From an uncultured Clostridia bacterium (GTDB taxonomy: Bacteria > Bacillota > Clostridia > Oscillospirales > UBA644), in NCBI GenBank assembly GCA_944382895.1, contig CALWNV010000003.1:1-54564 (forward strand): a DNA stretch of 54,564 nt, read 5' to 3'. A program made the translations under genes and the position numbers. Positions 9,662-19,639 of this stretch are shown here, in pieces; the stretch's first letter is position 1, and the number at the start of each line of letters is the position of its first letter. The notes below the pieces were generated by a model, which searched no databases, was not told the origin of the DNA, and worked only from the letters and a program-made list of their open reading frames with translations.

Positions 9662-11713
9662 ATGATGAATAAGATTTCCGACTCTGTTTTAAAATATAAA
9701 AAAACCGTAGTTTTGTTTTTTTTAATTCTTATAGCCGGTTGTGCCGTACTCGCAGTGTTTGTTCCGGCAAACTATAAATTGGCGAGTTATCTGCCTGCCG
9801 ATGCGGAAAGCACAAAAGCGCTCGAAACAATGTCTAAAGAATTTGCAGGAGAATTGCCAAACGCCCGCGTCGCCGTATTTGACGTAAGCCTGACCGAAGC
9901 CCTCGAATATAAAAATGAAATTAAAAAAACCGAAGGTGTAGAAAGCATAACATGGCTTGATGATGTCGCGGACCTGACTGTTCCGCTGGAAACAATGGAT
10001 AAAGCTACACTTGAAACCTATTATAAAGACAATGCCGCATTATTTTCTGTGGCTATCAAAGAAGGAACAGAAGCAAAAACAGTATCGCGTATACGCGAGT
10101 TAGTCTCCGATAAAGGAGCAGTCAGCGGAGAGGCAGCCGTAAACGCGAATACCCAGGAGATGTCCGTTGGTGAAAGTATTAAAGCCTTTGCATGCCTTTT
10201 ACCTCTGATCCTGATAATCCTTATTATCTCCACAAGCTCATGGATCGAACCCTTTCTATTCTTAATAGCTATAGGGGCAGCTGTCGTTATAAATATGGGA
10301 ACAAATATTTTTCTCGGCGAAATATCTTTTATCACACAGTCGATAAGTCCTATTTTACAACTTGCCGTGTCTCTTGATTACGCTATATTTCTTTTGCGTG
10401 CCTTTAGCGAATACAGGCAAACACACGAACCGGCTGAAGCTATGCGTCTTGCGAGAAAAAGATCTTTCCCCGCCGTCGCGGCAAGTGCGCTCACAACACT
10501 ACTCGGCTTTCTGGCGCTTTGCTTCATGAGATTTGAAATAGGGTCTGACCTTGGTATTAATCTTGTCAAAGGCGTTTTAATAAGCTTTATTTCAGTAATG
10601 GTTTTTTTACCGGCGCTTACATTATGTTGTATAAAGCTTCTTGACAAGACAAAACATAAAGAAATCAAACCGAAACTCAACAATATATCCAAATTTATCG
10701 TTAAATTGCGTATCCCGATAATAATCATTGTTTTAGCTCTCATAATACCGGCATTTATATTTCAGGGCAAAAATTCTTTCACATACGGAATGGGAGCATT
10801 GGATCCTAACAGCCGGGCAGGACGTGACGAAGCAAAAATCATTGAAACTTTCGGAAGATCGGTACCTACCGTAGTCCTTGTTCCCAAAGGAGATACAGGG
10901 AGAGAAAACGAGCTGTGTGAAAAATTTTCACAATTGGAAAACGTCACATCTGTTGTATCATACACCACAGCAGTAGGCGCTGAAATCCCTCCTGATTTTC
11001 TGGACACCGAGACTGTAGAAAATTTTTATTCTGAAAACTACAGTCGTATAATATTATACGCAGACACCGAAACAGAAGGAGAAGAAGCATTTACCCTTGT
11101 TGAAAATATCAGAACGACAGCTGCGGAATATTACGGCGACAATGCGCTTACTTTGGGCGAAAGCGTCAGTTTATATGACATAAAAGATGTTGTAAACGCA
11201 GACAGTACTTTTATAAATATACTGGCCATCGTTCTTATCGGGCTTGTAGTTTTAATAACTTTTAAGTCTATTTCTCTCCCGATTATTCTTTTGCTCACAA
11301 TAGAAGGCGCTGTTTGGATAAACCTTGCTATAACATATTTTTCGGGTTCAGCTCTGTGTTATATAGGGTTTCTCGTGATAAGTACTGTACAGCTAGGCGC
11401 TACTGTTGATTACGCTATACTGTTTACTGATAATTATTTAAGGTATAGAAAAGAACTCAAACCAAAAGAAGCAGCGGCAAAAACCCTTACCCATTCGATG
11501 CCGGCTATTCTGATATCCGCCGCGATCCTTTCACTCGCCGGATTTATTGTAGGACTGATATCTTCAAACGATGTTGTCAGCCAGCTCGGATATCTTTTAG
11601 GAAGTGGAGCACTTTTGTCCGCTGTGTCAGTATTGCTTTTCCTTCCGTCAATTTCATCGGTTACAGATAAAATCATAAGATTCACAAGCCTTAAAAGGAG
11701 AGATGATAAATGA
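9662..11713 (+). CDS. MMPL/RND-superfamily membrane transporter
   Basis: Two repeats of TM plus soluble loop plus multi-TM bundle, with LAVSLDYAIFL and GATVDYAILF motifs. Start at ATG 9662 or 9665 after AGAGGA. Confidence 0.88.
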   Translation: MMNKISDSVLKYKKTVVLFFLILIAGCAVLAVFVPANYKLASYLPADAESTKALETMSKEFAGELPNARVAVFDVSLTEALEYKNEIKKTEGVESITWLDDVADLTVPLETMDKATLETYYKDNAALFSVAIKEGTEAKTVSRIRELVSDKGAVSGEAAVNANTQEMSVGESIKAFACLLPLILIILIISTSSWIEPFLFLIAIGAAVVINMGTNIFLGEISFITQSISPILQLAVSLDYAIFLLRAFSEYRQTHEPAEAMRLARKRSFPAVAASALTTLLGFLALCFMRFEIGSDLGINLVKGVLISFISVMVFLPALTLCCIKLLDKTKHKEIKPKLNNISKFIVKLRIPIIIIVLALIIPAFIFQGKNSFTYGMGALDPNSRAGRDEAKIIETFGRSVPTVVLVPKGDTGRENELCEKFSQLENVTSVVSYTTAVGAEIPPDFLDTETVENFYSENYSRIILYADTETEGEEAFTLVENIRTTAAEYYGDNALTLGESVSLYDIKDVVNADSTFINILAIVLIGLVVLITFKSISLPIILLLTIEGAVWINLAITYFSGSALCYIGFLVISTVQLGATVDYAILFTDNYLRYRKELKPKEAAAKTLTHSMPAILISAAILSLAGFIVGLISSNDVVSQLGYLLGSGALLSAVSVLLFLPSISSVTDKIIRFTSLKRRDDK

Positions 11714-13005
11714 AAAAACTTAAATATATCCTGCCCGTAATTTTATGCATTTGCCTCGTTCCAATCTGTTCTTTCGCAAATTCGTCCTCAACTGCGGCCG
11801 GTGACGGGGTTATAACTTCAAAAGAAGAAGTTATATACGCAAATGTTTCAGCGGACGGAACAATAGAAAAAGTCTATGCGGTAAATGTGCTTGATATCGC
11901 AGAAGAGGGGCTTATTACTGATTGCGGTGATTTTTCATCCGTTGAAAACCTGACAAATACAGAAAAGCTAACACTTGAAAATGATACCGTTTCGTTTACC
12001 GCGTCTCAAGGAAGATTTTATTACCGAGGAGATATGAAACAGGCGGTTTTACCGTGGATATTCAAAATAGAATACACCCTTGACGGACAGCCTATCTCCG
12101 CAGATGAATTAAGCGGCAAAAACGGACTTTTGCAGATAAAAATCACAACTGATAAAAACGAATCGATAAATGACGGATATTTTGAAAACTACATGTTACA
12201 AATACAATTCACCCTGAATACGGAGAACTTTACTGATATCCATGCAAGCAAGGCGACCATTGCAAACGCAGGGAAAAACAAAGTTATATCATTTACGGCA
12301 ATGCCGGAGACAAGTTGTGAGTTCTCGTTCAGCTCAAAAGTTTCGGATTTTTCAATGCCATCCGCACAAGTAACAGCGTTGCCCTTTTCATTTTCGTTTT
12401 CCATGCCAGATACTTCTGATATCTCAGAACAGCTTACGGCCCTAACAGATGCGATTTCAGGAATATATTCCGGAACAAGCGGATTAAAAGAGGGACTCGT
12501 CGCAATCACGGCAAATTCCAACGACCTGACAAGCGCATCCGCATCGATTGCCGAAGCTCTTACCGATTTGGCCGCGAACGGCGATGAACTTCTTTACGGT
12601 TCCCATGAAATTCTTTCGGGATTACAACAACTCTCAGAAAATCTTTCACAAATGCCTCAACTTCAGCAGCCTGTTCTGAAAATTGAAGAAGGGTTCAAAA
12701 CTTTCAACACAGGGCTTGAAGAATATGTAAGAGGAATAAAACAACTTGCGACGTCATACACTGCTTTTGATGTCGGGATTTCACAGACAATGAACGGTAT
12801 CGGCGAAATAGAAACCGGTGCGGAGCAACTTTGGGACGGGACAAAAACACTTTATGAACAAACAAACGATCTTCCGCAAACTTTCCAGGAGGAAATAGAT
12901 AACCTTATCTCCTCATACGATAAATCCGCCTTTGACGCTCCCAGTTTCACAAGCGCACTGAACACAAAAACCGAAAGCGTACAATTTTTAATAAAAATAG
13001 CTTGA
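11710..13005 (+). CDS. Secreted or membrane-anchored YhgE/Pip-like partner of the MMPL transporter
   Basis: Signal peptide, KEEVIYA motif, YTLDG..I...EL.GKNG motif, x-x-x-L-x-x-G heptad helical region; ATGA overlap with the MMPL gene. Confidence 0.7.
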   Translation: MKKLKYILPVILCICLVPICSFANSSSTAAGDGVITSKEEVIYANVSADGTIEKVYAVNVLDIAEEGLITDCGDFSSVENLTNTEKLTLENDTVSFTASQGRFYYRGDMKQAVLPWIFKIEYTLDGQPISADELSGKNGLLQIKITTDKNESINDGYFENYMLQIQFTLNTENFTDIHASKATIANAGKNKVISFTAMPETSCEFSFSSKVSDFSMPSAQVTALPFSFSFSMPDTSDISEQLTALTDAISGIYSGTSGLKEGLVAITANSNDLTSASASIAEALTDLAANGDELLYGSHEILSGLQQLSENLSQMPQLQQPVLKIEEGFKTFNTGLEEYVRGIKQLATSYTAFDVGISQTMNGIGEIETGAEQLWDGTKTLYEQTNDLPQTFQEEIDNLISSYDKSAFDAPSFTSALNTKTESVQFLIKIA

Positions 13006-13022
13006 AATCTTAAATAACATAT

Positions 13023-13057
13023 AAAAAAGAGCTTCCGGCCGTCAGGCGGGAGCTCTT
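13023..13057. terminator. Terminator hairpin between convergent genes
   Basis: AAGAGCTTCC...GCC-GTCA-GGC-GGGAGCTCTT, preceded by an A-tract. Confidence 0.7.
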
Positions 13058-13122
13058 GTACATATACAAAACTTTATAAATGAATATTTTCTACAACAGG
13101 TTTTTACAAAAACAAAAAAAAT

Positions 13123-13626
13123 CTAACCCAAATACTTTTCATAAATCTTTGTATAAATAAGTTTTCCTCCAATACGTTCACTTTTCATCAGCATAAAACT
13201 CTTTACCGGGATTTTTATTCTTTCCACAGACAAAACAGGCTCACGCGCACATACTATCTTTCGTGCAAGCGTAATATGAGGAACAAAAGGTTTATTATCA
13301 ATAATAATCCCTATCCCTGTCAAAACAGAACGTACTTTCCCGGCAAGAGCGGTCAGCTCCTGTTTTTTTTCAATATTTACATAAAATAAATCTCCAAAAC
13401 GGCCAAACCCGTCAACCTCAATATCAAAAGATTTTCCCGAAACCCTGTCAAGCTCTTTTTTTATCTCATCAACTCGGTCGGTTTCACCTATAAACGCAAG
13501 TGTAATATGTAAATTTTCAAGCCGTGTAAGATTTGCACGACACACTTGTTTTATCAATAACCCGGCAGTTTCCGACAACGCTTTTTTTACACCGGGATCA
13601 AGCTCTATGGCAACAAACAGACGCAT
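13123..13626 (-). CDS. thpR: RNA 2',3'-cyclic phosphodiesterase (2H phosphoesterase)
   Basis: MRLFVAI start, two HITL motifs (NLHITLAF, FVPHITLAR), C-terminal LMKS....GK.IY. Confidence 0.9.
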   Translation of the reverse strand: MRLFVAIELDPGVKKALSETAGLLIKQVCRANLTRLENLHITLAFIGETDRVDEIKKELDRVSGKSFDIEVDGFGRFGDLFYVNIEKKQELTALAGKVRSVLTGIGIIIDNKPFVPHITLARKIVCAREPVLSVERIKIPVKSFMLMKSERIGGKLIYTKIYEKYLG

Positions 13627-13666
13627 GATAAACGACCTCAATTTACACTTCCGAAAAAAGACATTT

Positions 13667-15478
13667 TTATATCTTCTCTATCAAATAAACACCTACTTCG
13701 CTATAACCGATATAAGCAGTAAAAGAAGTGAAATCATCCGAAGCCCCTTCATATATCACCTCATCGTTCATAAGATCGGTCACACGAACATTTTCAGAAT
13801 TTATAAGCATACCGTCATAAGGCAGAGTTACATCTATGTTCCCTAAAATATTTTCCGGATCGGCATTAGGAACAATCACCGCTGCACGTTGATCTGAATA
13901 TCTCGCAAAAGCTCCGATATTTCCCGTTCCGACAGCAGGAACAGAACAGATATTGTTTTCCTCAAATCTCAAAGCGTATTCGCAAAAAATATCCGAATAA
14001 GTGTATTTAATTTCAAGATACTTTTTCACATCATTATAAAACGCATAATTTTCAGCATTATCAAGCAAAGTCAAATCTTGCTCAACATTATAATAAAGTG
14101 TTCCGGTCGCTTCAACTCCATATTCTTCACCTAAAAACCACAATGGGATATTCGGCATAAAAACAGCTGAGAAACCCATTAAAAGACGATTTTTATGAAC
14201 AATCGTAGTAGAAAAATCATGCATTGAAAGGCAATACGTGTTAAATCTTGCTTTAGTCGGGTAACTGTTGATTATCTGTCCTTTTTTAACCAGTTCCGCA
14301 GGGTTGGGATCAAAATAGGGCTTTGACGGGTCAGACAAATAATTGCCTATATTTATCTTAATCCCCGCCTGTTCAAAATCATAAACATTTGCACGGAAAT
14401 TTGTTCCTTCGGAAAATATAGCTATTTTATAGCCTTTGTCGTAAATACGACCACGGATTTCCTCATAAATATCGTATCCTGTTTCACCAGGCTCCAGATC
14501 ACAGCGAAAACCGTCGGCGTTGGTCTTTTCAATAATCGACACTACCTCAGAAATAAACCATTCCTTCATCTGAGGATTACTCCAGTCATACTCATGCCCT
14601 AAACCCCAGACTATATTACCCGTGAACCAATCCGGATGTTCTTCCAGAACAGGCGAATTTTCCCAAACACCCCATGTTATCACATCAAGAAATACACGTA
14701 TATTAAGGCTGTGAGCATATTCTATAAACTCCGCTGCCTTTTTCCATCCTTCGGTGTAATCAGCAGTCCCCGTAAGCTTGGGATTGACAGACTGCGGACC
14801 TTTATTTCCGTATTCTCCGTCATATATAGGGCATAGCCATACAGCGTTCACACCTACCTCACAAAGTCTTTCCAAAACAGATTTTGCCGCGTCAAAAGTT
14901 CCTTCGGCGGTGGCTTTCTCAACTCGCATTTCAACAATCGTAAGACCGGAAACCCAATCAGGTGTATTCTCATCAGCACGATAATACGCTTTTTCAAGCG
15001 TAACATCATCAGCTTCACGATACTTAGGGATCAGCTCTGAATTATCGATAGAAGTATGTTTCTTATTGAGCCTGTACGTATCATCGAACTCAACAACAGA
15101 ATCCTTTGATGTACGGCGCAAATCATCAATAAAATCATCGACAGCCATATAAAGAAAAAGAGACTCACTGGCTTTTATAGTGATTCCGCCGTTATTTACC
15201 GTCACGGAATACTCTCCTGTTTCTAAAGCCTGATCCGTTATAAACTCAATAGTTTTACCAGGTCCGTTATATGAGATATCAGAACCGGAAACCCCATCTA
15301 TAAAAGTTTTCAGCTTTTCCGCTGCAAGACGGGTATTGTTATCTTCCATATCCGCTTTTATGGTATAGTCAGATTGCCCATTTTCCGCAATTGTCACTTT
15401 ACCGCGAGTATCACGTACAGAACACGCGGAAAGTAAAATCATAAATAACAGAAAAATCGAAACAACTCTGGATTTCAT
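13667..15478 (-). CDS. Lipoprotein with GH13 (alpha-amylase-like) catalytic domain and an N-terminal accessory domain
   Basis: Lipobox LLSAC; GVNAVWLCPI, VFLDVI, DGFRCD, FSEG, SMHD, PLWFLGEE match GH13 conserved regions. Confidence 0.7.
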   Translation of the reverse strand: MKSRVVSIFLLFMILLSACSVRDTRGKVTIAENGQSDYTIKADMEDNNTRLAAEKLKTFIDGVSGSDISYNGPGKTIEFITDQALETGEYSVTVNNGGITIKASESLFLYMAVDDFIDDLRRTSKDSVVEFDDTYRLNKKHTSIDNSELIPKYREADDVTLEKAYYRADENTPDWVSGLTIVEMRVEKATAEGTFDAAKSVLERLCEVGVNAVWLCPIYDGEYGNKGPQSVNPKLTGTADYTEGWKKAAEFIEYAHSLNIRVFLDVITWGVWENSPVLEEHPDWFTGNIVWGLGHEYDWSNPQMKEWFISEVVSIIEKTNADGFRCDLEPGETGYDIYEEIRGRIYDKGYKIAIFSEGTNFRANVYDFEQAGIKINIGNYLSDPSKPYFDPNPAELVKKGQIINSYPTKARFNTYCLSMHDFSTTIVHKNRLLMGFSAVFMPNIPLWFLGEEYGVEATGTLYYNVEQDLTLLDNAENYAFYNDVKKYLEIKYTYSDIFCEYALRFEENNICSVPAVGTGNIGAFARYSDQRAAVIVPNADPENILGNIDVTLPYDGMLINSENVRVTDLMNDEVIYEGASDDFTSFTAYIGYSEVGVYLIEKI

Positions 15479-15525
15479 AATAGATACCTCTTAAAATAAT
15501 ATCAAGCCCTACCAGATAAATATTT

Positions 15526-16806
15526 TCAATACTTTTCTATACCTATCTCTTTATAATACAATATTCTATCCTTCAAATCCGGAATCGATGCAATAGTTTT
15601 TTCAGAAAACATCGCTCTGTCAATATTTTCCGTAGCAGCTTTTTCATGCCCGATAAGAGCCCATGCCGCATCGTATAAATTTGAAAATTCCTCATTACGT
15701 TGCGCCTTACATATAAAGCTTTGGCGCGGAGTATTGATATCCTCTCCGCTTATCTGGAACAAACCATATTTTTCACAACGTGAACGCACGGCACGGAGCT
15801 GATCAATATCGTTACGCGACGGCATATACGTAACGGCGTTAAATCCAAGTGAATATATTGTTTCAAATAAAAGATCAATATAATCATCTTCAAACTTCTG
15901 AGCTTTTTTATCTCCTGTAACCGATTGTTTGACATCACCCAAATATGCATACGCGGATATCGCGCCTACCTTATTTGCTAACAAAAGAAACTCTGTCACA
16001 TCCGGACATTCATCTTCAGCATCGATGTAAAATTTCTCGACCATATCGCTTTTTAGTGCGCCTAAAAGATCGTAATCATAATAAGGGTTATGTATATCAA
16101 GCAAAAAACCTCTTACTTTTTCGGAAAGATTCATCCTCAATCCATCTTCAAGAAAAGACACTGTTTCAGAACCTTTACCGAATCTGTCTATCAGTTTCTT
16201 CGCAAGAGCATACAGCAAATGCCTTTCTGTCACAGAACCGTCTTCTCCCGCCATGGAAAGAGGCAGCACATCCTTTTCAAAATCAATACATATCCCCGAA
16301 TCCCCGACAACAGAATTTATATTATCCGTCATTTTACGATCGCGCGCGATTCTCGCTTTGTTATACGGCTTAAAAAATTCCCTGACCTTGTCAATCTGCG
16401 TATGAGGTATTCCGTGCATGGCGACATATGCAATAGAAGCCTGATCGGGATTATTGATTTTTTTTCCATTAAGTGCGGTATTGTTCATTTTCACACGGGT
16501 CTCTACTCCGCATGTCGCAGCTATTCCGACAATCTCCGCCGCTTCAATAAACTCTTTCAGACCGGATACACTATCATGATCCATTATTCCTATGGTCCGC
16601 AGTCCCGACATAAACCCGTTCCAAACCGCGGCGGAAGGAGAATACGGCGAAAAAGAATAAATAGTATGAACATGGTTATTCACATCTTGCCCCTGTTCAG
16701 GAAAAGAGATTTTCCCCTTCTTTACAAGCTGTGAAAGTTTCGAAACGGCAAGTAACCGCTCTTCTTTTTTATCCGAATTGAGCTGTCCCTTTATATCCTC
16801 ATACAT
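15526..16806 (-). CDS. PHP-domain metal-dependent phosphoesterase
   Basis: NNHVHT, MDHDS, GVE, MHG, ERH and GED metal-ligand pattern of the PHP fold. Confidence 0.8.
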   Translation of the reverse strand: MYEDIKGQLNSDKKEERLLAVSKLSQLVKKGKISFPEQGQDVNNHVHTIYSFSPYSPSAAVWNGFMSGLRTIGIMDHDSVSGLKEFIEAAEIVGIAATCGVETRVKMNNTALNGKKINNPDQASIAYVAMHGIPHTQIDKVREFFKPYNKARIARDRKMTDNINSVVGDSGICIDFEKDVLPLSMAGEDGSVTERHLLYALAKKLIDRFGKGSETVSFLEDGLRMNLSEKVRGFLLDIHNPYYDYDLLGALKSDMVEKFYIDAEDECPDVTEFLLLANKVGAISAYAYLGDVKQSVTGDKKAQKFEDDYIDLLFETIYSLGFNAVTYMPSRNDIDQLRAVRSRCEKYGLFQISGEDINTPRQSFICKAQRNEEFSNLYDAAWALIGHEKAATENIDRAMFSEKTIASIPDLKDRILYYKEIGIEKY

Positions 16807-16823
16807 CCCTCTTCACCTTAACC

Positions 16824-17840
16824 TTAAATATTTATGCTGTTTGCCATCCTGAGCCTTTCGACATCAAACGGTTTCTCCATCTTAAGAGCCTCGACAATAT
16901 CGTAATCTACTATCTTCTCATTTTTCATAACTACCACACGATTACTTATACCTTTTTTGAGAAGTTTAACACAATAATTACCCATCTCTGCAGCCACAAT
17001 CCTATCACGGGCAGTGGGTGATCCGCCTCTTTGGACATGCCCGAGAATTGTTTCACGGCTTTCCACTCCGGTGGCCTTTTCAATCGCTTTGGCTAATTTA
17101 GCGGGCGAATCTATATCGTTATCAACAACATACTGATAATTCTTGTTTGATTTTACATTAAAGAACACACCTTCAGATACCATTACAATAAACGAGTCTT
17201 TTCCGAGACGCTTGCCTTCTTCTATACGGTCAATCACGTCTTTCTGAAAATCAAACTCAACCTCTGGTACAATGATACAGGTAGCACCTGTGGCAATACC
17301 TCCCTCAAGAGTCACCCAGCCCGCGTTCTTGCCCATGATCTGGACAACAGAACAACGATTATGAGAATAACATGTGTCGCGAAGTCTGTCAACAAGGTCC
17401 GCAACAATATTCAACGCGGTATCAAACCCTATAGTATAATCACTGCAAACAATATCGTTATCGATAGTTCCGGGCATGGCGACACACGGGATACCATGCA
17501 ATGTAAGATCTCTTGCTCCTCTGAACGATCCATCACCGCCAATAACAACAATTCCGTCTATCCCGAATTTTTTGCATGTTTCTACCGCTTTTATTATTCC
17601 GGGCTCCTCTTTGAACTCAAGACAACGCGCACTTTTAAGAAAAGTACCGCCTCTGGAAATAATCCCCGATACATCTGTCGCAAACAATTCCCTGATATTT
17701 CCGTCTATAAGACCTTTATACCCTCCGAAAATACCCATCATCCTAAATCCTTCGTCAAGCCCTGTACGTACGACAGCCCGCACTCCTGCATTCATGCCCT
17801 GACTGTCTCCTCCGCTTGTAAGAACTCCTATTGTTTTCAT
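16824..17840 (-). CDS. pfkA: ATP-dependent 6-phosphofructokinase family protein
   Basis: TSGGDSQGMN, GGTFLKSAR, GGDGS, PGTIDND, LGHVQRGG. The MGR motif is altered to MGK. Start moved to ATG 17840 by RBS spacing. Confidence 0.88.
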   Translation of the reverse strand: MKTIGVLTSGGDSQGMNAGVRAVVRTGLDEGFRMMGIFGGYKGLIDGNIRELFATDVSGIISRGGTFLKSARCLEFKEEPGIIKAVETCKKFGIDGIVVIGGDGSFRGARDLTLHGIPCVAMPGTIDNDIVCSDYTIGFDTALNIVADLVDRLRDTCYSHNRCSVVQIMGKNAGWVTLEGGIATGATCIIVPEVEFDFQKDVIDRIEEGKRLGKDSFIVMVSEGVFFNVKSNKNYQYVVDNDIDSPAKLAKAIEKATGVESRETILGHVQRGGSPTARDRIVAAEMGNYCVKLLKKGISNRVVVMKNEKIVDYDIVEALKMEKPFDVERLRMANSINI

Positions 17841-17949
17841 CCTCAAAACTCCTCTGCGTTAATAATATACATTAAATAAACCGTTTTCAGATATTTAATT
17901 AAAATATACATACATTGTACACTATCGTTAAAAATTTTTCAATACCCAT

Positions 17950-18750
17950 TCAGGAAAATTTTTTTACAAACTCCGCTGCTTTTTTCATTATATCCCTCAG
18001 CGGAGGATAAAGAGCACCGTTTACAGGCGAAAACGTATGATTTGAATTGTGTATACGCACATATTCAATATAAAAACCAAGGTCTTTGGCGCGATTGGCA
18101 AACATATCCGCACTGCGGACATTGACACATTCATCACAATCCCCGTGAACCAAAAAAAATCGAATATCTTTTCTGGCTCCGAATAAAAGAAATGACGGAT
18201 TGACTCTCTCATCCGGATATTCCTCAGATGCGTCAATAAAATCCCTAATAAAACCCCGTGTCAAAGAAGGAACTTCGATTCCGACAAATTCAGGGTCGTT
18301 CCCTCTCACAAATGTTATCCCTGAAAACGATAAAACACCTTTAATATCAAGAGTCTCACACATCATTGCTGTCTCAAGTGCCATATAAGCTCCGGCAGAG
18401 ATTCCTCCGGTAAAAATTCCGTTGCAGGAAACAAAAGGAAGGCTTTTGACAAACTCAATTGCATCTTTCGCATCTGATACGCTTTGCGAAAACCCTCCGC
18501 CGTTTTTACCCGTAAGCCGATATTCAGCCGAGGCTATACATATATCTTTTGATAAAAGCTCCATGGGTAAAAAAGGAAACTCGCCAATATCTGTCTTTTT
18601 CCCTTCTTTCCATCCTCCTCCATGAAACCATACAACGCACGGCACAGGGATTTCAGATCCGTTAGGGACAAGAAAATCAATACACAGATCATGACCGTTT
18701 ACAGTTTTATATACTATATCTTTTTTATAATTAAAATCCAAATCTATCAC
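17950..18750 (-). CDS. Alpha/beta hydrolase (HSL-like esterase)
   Basis: HGGGW oxyanion motif, GISAG nucleophile elbow, VHGDCD and a C-terminal His. Confidence 0.85.
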   Translation of the reverse strand: MIDLDFNYKKDIVYKTVNGHDLCIDFLVPNGSEIPVPCVVWFHGGGWKEGKKTDIGEFPFLPMELLSKDICIASAEYRLTGKNGGGFSQSVSDAKDAIEFVKSLPFVSCNGIFTGGISAGAYMALETAMMCETLDIKGVLSFSGITFVRGNDPEFVGIEVPSLTRGFIRDFIDASEEYPDERVNPSFLLFGARKDIRFFLVHGDCDECVNVRSADMFANRAKDLGFYIEYVRIHNSNHTFSPVNGALYPPLRDIMKKAAEFVKKFS

Positions 18751-18785
18751 CTTGTCATATTATATAATAAAAATATGAAATTTCG

Positions 18786-19055
18786 GTGTTATTAAAAATG
18801 ACTTTTTTCATTGCCGTAATACTTTCCGCTCTGATATCATTTTTTCTCAAATTTCCACAATACCGGAAACTTAACAACTTTGTCGGACATATATCACTAT
18901 ACGCTGTGCTGTTTTCACTTGGTGTCTCTCTCGGTGCGGATAAAACTTTTTTTTCAAACATACAGACTCTCGGAGCAGCTGCAATTACTTTCGCGCTGTC
19001 TGGAAGTCTTTTCTCTGCTTTTTCGGCATGGATACTTACACGGAGGCAAAAATGA
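18786..19055 (+). CDS. Small membrane protein, LysO/DUF340-like N-terminal part
   Basis: Three hydrophobic segments, LFSLGVSLGAD motif; ATGA overlap with the next gene. Confidence 0.7.
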   Translation: MLLKMTFFIAVILSALISFFLKFPQYRKLNNFVGHISLYAVLFSLGVSLGADKTFFSNIQTLGAAAITFALSGSLFSAFSAWILTRRQK

Positions 19056-19639
19056 CAGGTTGTATAGCGGCCATTGCGGCAGGGATAATATGCGGAAGTA
19101 TATTTTTTACGGAAACGACAGTCTTTACCGTTAAAAAAATTTATGAACCGCTTCTTTCTCTGCTGCTGATATCTGTCGGGTTTTCAGCGGGCGGGGAAAT
19201 AAATCTGTATAATCTCAAAAAAACAAGCAAAGCTTTTCTGCTTTTACCCATAATAACGATAACGGCAACTTTGGCCGCAGGTCTTTTATGCGGAGGAATA
19301 TTCGGATATCCTCCCGCATTTTCACTCGCAGTAGCGTCTGGACTTTCATTTTCGGGAATCTCCGGAGCGATAATAACAGAGACTGCCGGAACTGTTCCTG
19401 GAGCGCTGGCTTTTGCCGCAAACCTGATAAGAGAACTTCTCAGCTTTATCTTTGTACCGTTAGTAGCAAAAAAACTTAATATATATTCGGCCATTTCTTT
19501 ATGCGCGTCAACGGCAGGAGACACTCTCCTGCCGTTGATCTCAAAACAAGATTTATCAGCCATCGTACCCGCTGTTTACAACGGCATCGTCTGCACTGCG
19601 CTCGCGCCGATGCTCGTGAGGTTCTTTATCGGATTGTAA
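19052..19639 (+). CDS. Lysine exporter LysO/DUF340-family membrane protein
   Basis: ASGLSFSGISG, ANLIRE and DTLLP motifs; GGAGG before ATG 19052. Confidence 0.75.
   Translation: MTGCIAAIAAGIICGSIFFTETTVFTVKKIYEPLLSLLLISVGFSAGGEINLYNLKKTSKAFLLLPIITITATLAAGLLCGGIFGYPPAFSLAVASGLSFSGISGAIITETAGTVPGALAFAANLIRELLSFIFVPLVAKKLNIYSAISLCASTAGDTLLPLISKQDLSAIVPAVYNGIVCTALAPMLVRFFIGL

Noticed and set aside
11710-13005. YhgE/Pip-like gene as a phage or type VII secretion element, or as a truncated pseudogene
   Set aside because: The context is the common TetR-MMPL-YhgE module. The C-terminus may be short, but the ORF is intact and followed by a terminator, so truncation cannot be supported without alignment.
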